Made by a program: the position numbers and the translations under genes. 64,000 bases of DNA from an uncultured Acidobacteriota bacterium (GTDB lineage Bacteria; Acidobacteriota; Thermoanaerobaculia; Thermoanaerobaculales; Thermoanaerobaculaceae), in contig CAWBLW010000010.1 of the NCBI GenBank assembly GCA_963789745.1, positions 69,984 to 133,983 of the forward strand, written 5' to 3'. How positions within the stretch are numbered: position 1 is the stretch's first letter; each line of letters opens with the position of its first letter. A model generated the notes under the pieces. The model ran no database searches. It was not told where the DNA came from and saw nothing but the letters and a program-made list of their open reading frames with translations. Shown here piece by piece: positions 22,427 through 29,940 of this stretch.

Positions 22427-24058
22427 GTGCGGGCGATCGGCGGAATCCGCAGGCGGTGGGCGCGGGCGCTCGCGGCGGCCGCCGCCGGGCTGACCCTTTG
22501 CGCGGCCGCTGCCGGCGCCGCGCAACTCGCGCCGGCGGGGTCCCTGCCCGGCGGGGTGGGCGAGCGCCCGCTGGTCGGGTTCACGGTGCACTGGGACTTC
22601 TTCGCGAGCCCCTCCGAGGCCGACCGGTTGGTGGCGTTCGCGATTGCGAACGGCGCCGAGATCCTCAACGTGGTGCCGCCGCCGCACATCTGGGAGCAGC
22701 CGGAAAGCCTCGCGGTGCTGCGGCGGATCTTTGCCACCGCCCGCAGGCACGGCGTCGGCGTCGTGCTCAGCCGCATCGACGGAAGCTCTTTCCCCGACGC
22801 CGCAGGCGAACGCCGCAACTGGCTGTACACCAACGTCCTGACCGAACGCGGCCGGCTGCCGTCCGGCAGGGAGACCCCCGACTTCTTCCTCGCGACGGTG
22901 GGCAACCCCGCGTACGAGCGCTGGCTCGCCGAGGAAACGGCGTATTACGCGAAGAACTTCTCCGCCGAGCCCGCCCTGATGGGTTTCGGCGTCGGCCTGT
23001 TCAACGAGCCGTTCGTCTCGCAGCGCGGCTCGCTGCTCTGCTTCGACCCGGCCACCGACTCCTACGAGATCGGCCAGTACACGCCGTACGCCGCGGCCGT
23101 CTGGCGGCGGTTCCTGACGGGAAGGTACGGCGGCATCGGCGGCGTGAACCGCGCCTACGGCACACGCTTTCCGGCGCTCGCCGCTGTGCCGATGCCGGTC
23201 AACGAGCGCGACCCCGGGTTTGCCAAGCCGGTCGCCGCGTACTTCGACTTCGTCTCGGCGGTCAACGGCTGGGTCGTGCGCCAGCTCGACCGCTGCAGGT
23301 CGATTTGGCGCGCGCGCGCCCGGCGGCGCGTGCCGTTCGTGCTGCAGTTCTCCGGATACGTGCCGGAGAAGTTCGAGAAGGGCCGGCCGGCGTTCGCGGC
23401 CCTCGACATCTTCGACTGGATGACCCGTGCGGACGCCCTCGGGCTGTCGGCATACACCAACTGCGAGTACCCCGACGGCGGCCACGCCTCGGACGCGGCG
23501 ATGGTCAACTTCCTCCGCCTCGGCGCCCTGCTGCGCAAGCCGGCGTACGTGCTCGAAGGCGGCAACGAGTGCGACGGCGCGGTCCTCGACCAGGACGAGC
23601 TGCACGTCTTCGCCACCGTCGCGGCGCCGCTCGCTCCGGCGAGCCTGATCTACGAGTTCCTGAAGGTCAGCTACGCGGAGGCCTTCGCCACGTCGGCGGG
23701 GAAGCTCCTCGGCGCCGACTGGAAACCGAGGCCCGACGCGGTGGCCGCGGTGCGCGCCGCCCTCGCCGAGGGTAAGGCGGCGCGGGGAGGCGGTTCGACC
23801 ACGTACGTCCTCGACGACCTCGCCGGCTTGCCGGACGACGCGGGACTGCTCGCCGCCCGGGCGCTCCTTGCGCGCGCCGCAATGGAGCGCCCGCTCACGT
23901 TCGTGCCGCCCGCAGCCATCGCCGGTTTGCCCACCGGCAGCACCCTCGTCGTCCCGTCGGAGCGGCGGCGCGTTGCCCTCGGCCCGGCGCTCGCCGCGCG
24001 GGGAATCGTGGTCGTGGGCGCGGACGGGCTGGTCGGGGTCCAGGCGACCGGTCGCTGA
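22427..24058 (+). CDS. secreted glycoside-hydrolase-like protein (TIM-barrel, NEP motif), function unknown
   Basis: GTG at 22427 gives VRAIGGIRRRWARALAAAAAGLTLCAAAAGAAQ, a signal peptide; ATG at 22382 is an alternative. The motifs GVGLFNEPF and YVLEGGNE are reminiscent of clan GH-A acid/base and nucleophile strands. The gene is divergent from the deacetylase-like gene. Confidence 0.55.
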   Translation: MRAIGGIRRRWARALAAAAAGLTLCAAAAGAAQLAPAGSLPGGVGERPLVGFTVHWDFFASPSEADRLVAFAIANGAEILNVVPPPHIWEQPESLAVLRRIFATARRHGVGVVLSRIDGSSFPDAAGERRNWLYTNVLTERGRLPSGRETPDFFLATVGNPAYERWLAEETAYYAKNFSAEPALMGFGVGLFNEPFVSQRGSLLCFDPATDSYEIGQYTPYAAAVWRRFLTGRYGGIGGVNRAYGTRFPALAAVPMPVNERDPGFAKPVAAYFDFVSAVNGWVVRQLDRCRSIWRARARRRVPFVLQFSGYVPEKFEKGRPAFAALDIFDWMTRADALGLSAYTNCEYPDGGHASDAAMVNFLRLGALLRKPAYVLEGGNECDGAVLDQDELHVFATVAAPLAPASLIYEFLKVSYAEAFATSAGKLLGADWKPRPDAVAAVRAALAEGKAARGGGSTTYVLDDLAGLPDDAGLLAARALLARAAMERPLTFVPPAAIAGLPTGSTLVVPSERRRVALGPALAARGIVVVGADGLVGVQATGR

Positions 24059-24094
24059 CCCTCCGATCCGCTACACTTGGGGCAGGGAGCCAAC

Positions 24095-24997
24095 ATGAGT
24101 CAGAATACGTCGCGCATTTTTCGGCCGGTGCCGGTCGTCGGGCCGGCGCGTATCTGGTTTGCGGCGCTGTCGGCCGCGGTCGCCGTGGCTGTCGTCGGGT
24201 TGCTCTTCTCGTTGTTGCGCACCCCGACAATCCGCTACGAGATCGACAGCCGGGCACTGACGATCACCAGCGTGCTGGGGTCAGAGCACCAGCAAAAGAC
24301 GATCGATCTCGCGCGCATCGCCGAGGCAAAGATCGAGTGGTTGCACGACGGCGCGCTGCGTTTCGGGACCGAGAAGCCCGGCTACTGCGTCGGCTTCTTC
24401 GCCTATCCGCGGCTCGGCGAGGTATGGCAGATCACCGACTGCTCCCAGCACGGCGTCGTGGTGACCTCGAGCGCCGAGGCCACGCCCGTCGCGGTGACGC
24501 CGTCGGACCCGGACGCCTTCTTGAAGGCGTTGCGAGAGGGCCGGCGAGCGGTGTTTACGCCCCCCGGGCGCCGGGGCGCGGCGTGGTGGGTCAACCTGTT
24601 CGTCGTGGCGGGCGTCGGCGCCCTCGCGATCGCCGCGCTCGCGGTCGTCCTCTTCGTCGCCCCGGCGCGCCTGCGCTATACCGTGGCCGGCGGCGCGCTC
24701 GAGGTGCGCATGCTGCTGCGGCGTCGGGTCGTGCCGCTCGCCGGCGTGCGGGCGCGGGCGCACCGGCCGCTGGCCGGCCACCGCCTGGCAGGACTTCCGC
24801 TGCCTGGTTACCGGGTCGGCTCGTGGGTGCTCGACACCATGGCCACGTCGGTGCTCGCCTCCGCGGCCGACGAAGGCGTGATGATCGAGGGCGACGGGCG
24901 GTTGTTCGTGAACCCGCAGGACCGGGAGGGGTTCCTGGCGGCGCTGGCAGCCGAGGGCGCCACGGTCATCACCGACACCACGTTGCACCGCCGCTAG
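24095..24997 (+). CDS. membrane protein with duplicated bacterial PH-like (bPH/YdbT-like) modules, function unknown
   Basis: ATG at 24095 is preceded by GGGAG. There are two TM segments (IWFAALSAAVAVAVVGLLF; WWVNLFVVAGVGALAIAALAVVLFV), each followed by a roughly 100-aa soluble module. Confidence 0.55.
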   Translation: MSQNTSRIFRPVPVVGPARIWFAALSAAVAVAVVGLLFSLLRTPTIRYEIDSRALTITSVLGSEHQQKTIDLARIAEAKIEWLHDGALRFGTEKPGYCVGFFAYPRLGEVWQITDCSQHGVVVTSSAEATPVAVTPSDPDAFLKALREGRRAVFTPPGRRGAAWWVNLFVVAGVGALAIAALAVVLFVAPARLRYTVAGGALEVRMLLRRRVVPLAGVRARAHRPLAGHRLAGLPLPGYRVGSWVLDTMATSVLASAADEGVMIEGDGRLFVNPQDREGFLAALAAEGATVITDTTLHRR

Positions 24998-25252
24998 GGG
25001 CGCCGCCGGCGTCGGACCTCTCGCTGCGTTGCGCCGCGCCGGTTCGCATCCTCACATAGCCTACGGCTATGCTCCGGTGCGACCGGCTTGCGCGCCTTGC
25101 GATAGGCCCAACGGCGGCGGCGCGGCTACACGCCGCAAGTGGCGAGGCCCTGCCTTTGGGGGAACGTGCGTCTTCGAGGTTGGCGCTCGGGGCTGCGCGG
25201 CCTGCGGCCGGCGCAGCCGGCTCGGACCACGGACCACGGACCACAGACCACG
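24998..25252. repeat. composite structured intergenic repeat, copy 1 (long hairpin module, second hairpin, GGACCAC heptamer array)
   Basis: It starts directly after the TAG at 24995-24997. Its ends are near-identical to the copies at 50230 and 54513 (GGCGCCGCCGGCGTCGGACCTCT ... ATAGGCCCAACGGCGGCGGCGCGGCTACACGCC). The apical hairpin is CATAGCC-tac-GGCTATG (25055-25071). The heptamer array lies at 25224-25252. Confidence 0.85.
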
Positions 25253-25383
25253 CATCTTCCGTACCCGGGCCAGCCTCGCGTCGGGGGGGCCGGCCTGACG
25301 GCGACCCGGAGGCCGAACTGTGGCACACTCGGGCGTGAGCGCCGTCGGTCGCGGGAGTGCGGATCTCGGATGGAGGTGAGGCC

Positions 25384-25962
25384 ATGCAGCGGCTGTTCTT
25401 GAGGACGGTTTTGGCGTTCGGGTCGTTGGTGGTGACGTCTGCGGCTTGGAGCCCGGCATCGGCGCAGGGCCCCACGGATCGCGCTGCGGAAGCCGGAGTC
25501 GTCAAGGTCGGCGAGCGGGCCCCCGACTTCTCGCTTCCTGCGGCGGACGGAAAGACCTATCGTCTCGCCGACCTGCGAGGCGGCAAACGTCTCGTGCTCG
25601 TGATCTTCCGCGGGGTGTGGTGAGTCTACTGCCGAATGCAGCTCGGCGAGCTGCAAGAGCACCTGTCGGAGTTCCGCGGCCTCGGTGCCGAGGTGTGGGC
25701 GATCAGCTCGACCGACCCCGTGGACAAGTTGACCACCTACGCGCAGGTCCGGGGTATCAAGTTCCCCTTGCTCGCGGACTCCGGCCTCGCGGTCACGAAG
25801 AGATACGGCGTACTCAACGAGGCGCGTCGCAACATGGCGTACCCGGCGACGCTGGTGATCGATCGCAAAGGAGTCGTCCGCTACGTCCGAATCGACGTCG
25901 ACTTCACGAAGCGGCCGCCTGTGACCGACCTGCTCGCATTTCTGAAGAAACTGGCGAAGTGA
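25384..25962 (+). CDS. secreted AhpC/TSA-family redoxin (peroxiredoxin/thiol-disulfide oxidoreductase-like), probable selenoprotein with UGA-encoded Sec at 25621-25623
   Basis: RBS GGAGGTGAG precedes ATG at 25384, and a signal peptide follows (MQRLFLRTVLAFGSLVVTSAAWSPASAQ). ORFs 25357..25623 and 25636..25962 share one frame. The TGA falls at the first Cys of the family's W-C-x-x-C motif: LVLVIFRGVW-[TGA]-VYCRMQLGELQ. A SECIS-like hairpin lies just downstream. Confidence 0.7.
25637..25655 (+). promoter_or_regulatory. candidate bacterial SECIS hairpin
   Basis: TGCAGCTC-GGC-GAGCTGCA is a perfect 8-bp stem with a G-rich apical loop. It starts 13 nt after the in-frame TGA, within the usual UGA-to-loop spacing for bacterial SECIS elements. 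Confidence 0.5.
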
Positions 25963-26024
25963 AGCGACCCGCAGCGGGGTCAGGCTCGCGTCGTCGGGTC
26001 TCTGCCCCTGCGCCTGTCTTCTTC

Positions 26025-26088
26025 GGACCGCGGACCATTGACCACTGACCACGTCGTTCCGGAGCCCGAACCCCGAGCCCCTGTTTCT
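26025..26088. repeat. heptamer-periodic array filling a convergent intergenic region
   Basis: Nine consecutive 7-nt units are in register: GGACCGC GGACCAT TGACCAC TGACCAC GTCGTTC CGGAGCC CGAACCC CGAGCCC CTGTTTC. The TAG stop of the minus-strand DUF4388 gene (26087-26089) lies in the conserved end of the element. Confidence 0.8.
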
Positions 26089-27247
26089 ATGTTCGCAGGC
26101 GCGGGGGGCCCTGGTGGCGGGTGATCTCCTGCGACTCGCGCAGCTGCACCACGCCGCGCTGGATCAGGTTGCGGATGATGAGCTGGTTGTGCAGCCTGAC
26201 GCCCGGAAGCACCGCGAGGATCTGGTTGGCGGTGTAGCGGCCGTTGATGCGTGAGAGGACGAAACCCTCCTCGGGGTCGCACTTGAGCTGGACGATGTCC
26301 CTGGGCGCCAGCGCCAGCTCGAGGATAGTGGAAGGGCCGATCGGGAGCCTTTCGACATCCTGGACGATTTCACGCTCGAGTTCATCGGCGGCCGCGAGCG
26401 CCTTCGGGATGCTCGGGTAGCGCTCGCGCACCTCGACCACCTTGCGGTAGGCCTCGAGAGCGTCGCCCAGGGCGAGGCTGCTCTCGGCCTCCTGGATGCG
26501 ATCGCGCCACGTCGAGCGCAGGAACCCAGGAATCCGCTTCGGCGGCAGCACTGGCGGCAGGAGCTCGAAAACGCCGTTGGTGACGCCCTGGAAAATGAAG
26601 CTGAGCACCGGGAACTCGGGCATCCGGCAGGCGAGGGCGATCTCCTCGATGCTCCTGGCGCCGTCGATTTCGCCCAGGACGGCGGTGCCCGCCGGGGTCA
26701 GGCGGCTCTCGTCGATCGCCTTGACCGCCCGGGGGATGGCGCCGGAGTCGGTAATGACCGCCGCGATGCGGCGGCGCTCGTCCACCTGCCGGGCGCCTTC
26801 GAGGATGAAGTGGTCGACCGGGAGCTGGAGCTCCTTGAAGTCGCGGCGGGGCTTGACGTCGTCGAGGAAGAAGAACTCCCCCTCCTCCCAGAGCATCAGG
26901 TCGTAGACGGTCTCCTCGGTTTTGACCCGCACCAGGTGGTCGACCTGCTCGCGGCTGAGGCGGTCGCTCTGAACCAGGAGCTCGCCGAGCATGACGTTGA
27001 GCTCCTTCTGGCGGTCGAGAACGTGCTCGAGCTCGTCCTCGGTGAGGATGGTCCAGCCGACCAGGTAGTAGCCGAGGTGCTCGCGCGGGTTGTTGGATGT
27101 GACTGCGGACACGAGGCCGTTCTGGAACAGGATCTTCTTGGTGTAGCGCTGCCCCTTGATCACGAGGGTGCCGGTCTTCCGACTCGCGGAGATCCACTGC
27201 ATGAGGTCCGGGAACGGCATCGTGCGGAGGTTGCCGGTGACCGCCAT
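26087..27247 (-). CDS. DUF4388 (PatA-N-like) domain protein
   Basis: ATG at 27247 gives MAVTGNLRTMPFPDLMQWISASRKTGTLVIKGQRYTKKILFQNGLVSA, a typical DUF4388 start. A second similar module follows (LILEGARQVDE...). Confidence 0.75.
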   Translation of the reverse strand: MAVTGNLRTMPFPDLMQWISASRKTGTLVIKGQRYTKKILFQNGLVSAVTSNNPREHLGYYLVGWTILTEDELEHVLDRQKELNVMLGELLVQSDRLSREQVDHLVRVKTEETVYDLMLWEEGEFFFLDDVKPRRDFKELQLPVDHFILEGARQVDERRRIAAVITDSGAIPRAVKAIDESRLTPAGTAVLGEIDGARSIEEIALACRMPEFPVLSFIFQGVTNGVFELLPPVLPPKRIPGFLRSTWRDRIQEAESSLALGDALEAYRKVVEVRERYPSIPKALAAADELEREIVQDVERLPIGPSTILELALAPRDIVQLKCDPEEGFVLSRINGRYTANQILAVLPGVRLHNQLIIRNLIQRGVVQLRESQEITRHQGPPRLRT

Positions 27248-27377
27248 CAACCCCCCAGGCCCGCCTGCGGGCCGGAACCCGCCGGGGCCGCCGCGGCAAC
27301 GAGAGAACGATTCGCCACGGTGCAACGATACCTTACTCGCGGCGGCGGCGCAGCGTCGGGCACGGGCAGTACCCCGC

Positions 27378-27884
27378 TCACTGCGTGCGGTAGTTCTCGA
27401 AGGCGAGCTCGATGCCGAAGTCCTCGCCCTTGACGAGCGCGATCACAGCCTGCAGCTCGTCGCGCGAGGGCGAGGAGACCCGCACCTGGTCGCCCTGGAT
27501 CGCGCACTGGACCTTCTTGAACTTGTGCTCCTTGACGAGCTTGACGATTGCCCGCGCGGTCTCGGAGGGCACGCCCTGCTGCAGGGTGACCTCCATCCGG
27601 ACGGTGCTTCCGGCAGCAGGCTGGATCGTGCCGGTCTTCAGGTTCTTGACCGGCACCCCCCGTCGGGTCATCTTGCCGAGCACCACGTCCCACATCGCCC
27701 GCAGCCTGAACTCGTCGGGGGCGGTCATCACGAGCAGGTTCTCCTTGCGGTCGAGGTCGATGGCGACCTTGAGCCCCTTGAAGTCGAAGCGCTGGCCGAT
27801 CTCCTTTGAGGCCTGGTTCACCGCGTTGTCGACCTCCTGGAGGTCGCACCCGCTCGTGATGTCGAACGACTGAACCGGAGTCAT
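27378..27884 (-). CDS. yajQ: YajQ-family cyclic-di-GMP/nucleotide-binding protein (UPF0234)
   Basis: 168 aa: MTPVQSFDITSGCDLQEVDNAVNQASKEIGQRFDFKG...FENYRTQ, with full-length resemblance to YajQ. Its ATG overlaps the stop of the upstream RNase gene (ATGA). Confidence 0.9.
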   Translation of the reverse strand: MTPVQSFDITSGCDLQEVDNAVNQASKEIGQRFDFKGLKVAIDLDRKENLLVMTAPDEFRLRAMWDVVLGKMTRRGVPVKNLKTGTIQPAAGSTVRMEVTLQQGVPSETARAIVKLVKEHKFKKVQCAIQGDQVRVSSPSRDELQAVIALVKGEDFGIELAFENYRTQ

Positions 27885-29836
27885 ACGGTCCCTCCCTCCT
27901 GGGCGGCCCCGTCGGTCCCCGCGGGCACCCGGCGGCGGCGATGCCGGCGGCGCTTCTTGCGGTCTCCAACTTCCTTGGCCGGGACCTGGGCCGACCCCTC
28001 GGACGACGGGGGGGGCTCGCCCGCCGGCTCGGCGCCGGCAGCGGGATCGCCGGCCGCCTGGCTCTCGTCTGGGGCGGCGGATCCTCCGCCCTTCTTGTGG
28101 CGGCGGCCGCCGCGGCGGCGCTTGCGCTTCTTCCCGGCGGCATCCTCCGCGGCGGGTGCGGCCTCGGCCTCGGCCTCGGCGTCCGGCGGCGCTACGCCCG
28201 GCTCGGTGGCGCTCTCGCCCGACGCCTGCTCGGGCTTCTCGTCCTTGCGGCGGCGTCCGCCGCGACGGCGCTTGTGGCGCTTCTCGCCGTCGGGCTGGTC
28301 GGGCGTCGCGCCGCCTCCGGTGAGGTCGGCCGCGCTCACGGCCGACGGCGCCTGTTGCCCGTGTCCAGCCGCCTCACGCACGACCCACTCGAGCTTCTCC
28401 TCGGAGCGGTGGAAGCTGGTCGTCGCGTTGATCTCGACGCGGATGTCGAACTCGCGCTCGAGGGCGGCGATCTCCTGGCGGCGCCCGTTCTGGAGGGCGT
28501 CCGCGAGTTCGGGGTGAAGGCCGACGCGCACCGCCTTGAGGCGGCCGTCGGCGGCGCGGGCCTCGATCCGCCGAAGCAGGTTGACACCCAGGAACTCTGG
28601 GGAAGGGATGGTGCCGGTGCCGGCGCAGGTCGGGCAGGGGCGGTGGGTGCGCAGCGCCAGCGCCTGCTTGACGCGCTGCCGGTTGATCTCGAGCAGGCCG
28701 TTTGGGCTGATGCGCCCGACCGTCGAGCGCGCCTTGTCGGCCTTCATCGCGTCGCGCATCGCCTTCTCGACCCCGTGCTGGTTCTTGCGCGGCCGCATGT
28801 CGATGAAGTCGACGACCACCAACCCGCCGATGTCGCGCAGCCGCAACTGGCGGGCGACCTCGTGAGCGGCCTCGAGGTTGACGGCGTAGATGCTGTCCTC
28901 CTGCGATGTCCCGTGCGAGGCCTTGCCCGAGTTGACGTCGATCGAAGTGAGGGCCTCGGTGGGGTCGATCACGATCGAACCGCCGCCCGGGAGCGGAACC
29001 GTGCGCTTGTAGATCCCCTCGATCTGGGGTTCGAGGTTGAAGCGCGAGAACAGGGGCATGCGCTCGGCGTAGCGAACCAGGCGCGTCTTGGAGCGCGGCA
29101 TCGAGGCCTGCATGTAGGCCTGCGCCTTCTCGAACACTGCGTCGTCGTCGACGAGCACCTCGTCGATCGAGCTGTCGAGGAGGTCGCGCAACGCCTGCAC
29201 GATGAGGTCCTGGTCGGAGTACAAGAGGCGCGGACCCTTGCCCTTCGCCATCTCGGCCTGCACCCGCTTCCACAGGCGCAGCAGCGCGGCGAGGTCTGCC
29301 TTGAGCGTCGTCTTGGTCTGGCCGAGGGCGTTGGTGCGCAGGATGATGCCGCACCCCTCGGGTACCTCGAGCTTGTCCGCCTGGTCGCGCATCGCGGCGC
29401 GGGTTTCCTCGTCCTCCACCTTGCGCGAGATGCCGCGGGTGTCCTCAAACGGCGTCAACACGAGGTAGCGGCCCGCGAAGCTCAGGTTGGTCGTGACCGC
29501 GGCGCCCTTGCTGCCCATCGGGTCCTTCGTCACCTGGACCAGCACGCTGCGGCCGCGTTCGATGATCCGGTCGATGCGCGGCGCGGCGTCGCCGGCGGGC
29601 GCGGCGCGGTGGTAGGCCTGCGGCACAACGTCGTGGGCGGGAAGCATCCCGTCGCGCTCGGCGCCGAAGTCCACGAACGCCGAGTTCAGGGCCGGATTGA
29701 CGTTCGCCACGACTCCACGGTAGACGTTGCCGCGGCAGAGGCCGGCTTCGGCCACCGCAATCTGGTACGTGTCGAGCGTGTCCTTGTTCACGATCGCGAC
29801 GCGCACCTCTTCGGCGCGCTGCGCGTTGATGAGCAT
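27881..29836 (-). CDS. RNase E/G-family endoribonuclease with Arg-rich C-terminal tail
   Basis: ATG at 29836 gives MLINAQRAEEVRVAIVNKDTLDTYQI...GNVYRGVVANVNPALNSAFVDFG (S1 domain), then IVIDPTEALTSIDVNSG and VVVDFIDM (catalytic core). The tail carries three KR-rich blocks: KRHKRRRGGRRRK, KKRKRRRGGRRHKKGG and KKRRRHRRRR. Confidence 0.9.
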   Translation of the reverse strand: MLINAQRAEEVRVAIVNKDTLDTYQIAVAEAGLCRGNVYRGVVANVNPALNSAFVDFGAERDGMLPAHDVVPQAYHRAAPAGDAAPRIDRIIERGRSVLVQVTKDPMGSKGAAVTTNLSFAGRYLVLTPFEDTRGISRKVEDEETRAAMRDQADKLEVPEGCGIILRTNALGQTKTTLKADLAALLRLWKRVQAEMAKGKGPRLLYSDQDLIVQALRDLLDSSIDEVLVDDDAVFEKAQAYMQASMPRSKTRLVRYAERMPLFSRFNLEPQIEGIYKRTVPLPGGGSIVIDPTEALTSIDVNSGKASHGTSQEDSIYAVNLEAAHEVARQLRLRDIGGLVVVDFIDMRPRKNQHGVEKAMRDAMKADKARSTVGRISPNGLLEINRQRVKQALALRTHRPCPTCAGTGTIPSPEFLGVNLLRRIEARAADGRLKAVRVGLHPELADALQNGRRQEIAALEREFDIRVEINATTSFHRSEEKLEWVVREAAGHGQQAPSAVSAADLTGGGATPDQPDGEKRHKRRRGGRRRKDEKPEQASGESATEPGVAPPDAEAEAEAAPAAEDAAGKKRKRRRGGRRHKKGGGSAAPDESQAAGDPAAGAEPAGEPPPSSEGSAQVPAKEVGDRKKRRRHRRRRVPAGTDGAAQEGGTV

Positions 29837-29940
29837 CTTGCGGTTCAAGCGGTCTCCAATCCGCGACCCGCGGCGCTCGCCTCGATGCCGTTCGCCGGCG
29901 CTGCGCCCGGCCGGCCCTGAGGCGGCCGCGGGTCCAGCCT

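Noticed and set aside
25067-25459. Small ORFs across the three composite repeats (25067..25459, 50282..50551 and the N-terminus of 53803..54654) that share the peptide RVAAPPPLGL.QGAR.
   Set aside because: The similarity only reflects the DNA repeat. Indels between copies break the frame. The substitutions between copies are paired so as to preserve nucleic-acid stems rather than amino acids. No RBS or plausible start is conserved.
25357-25962. Treating 25357..25623 and 25636..25962 as two independent small genes, or as a nonsense-mutated pseudogene.
   Set aside because: The halves are in the same frame, and the stop is a TGA that coincides with the redox-Cys position. A SECIS-like hairpin follows at the right distance. 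The second half has no RBS. Selenocysteine recoding is the more economical reading, although a pseudogene cannot be excluded without knowing whether the genome has sel genes.
25224-26088. The tandem heptamer arrays considered as a possible CRISPR array.
   Set aside because: The unit length is 7 nt with no unique spacers, and there are no cas genes. These are microsatellite-like arrays, not CRISPRs.
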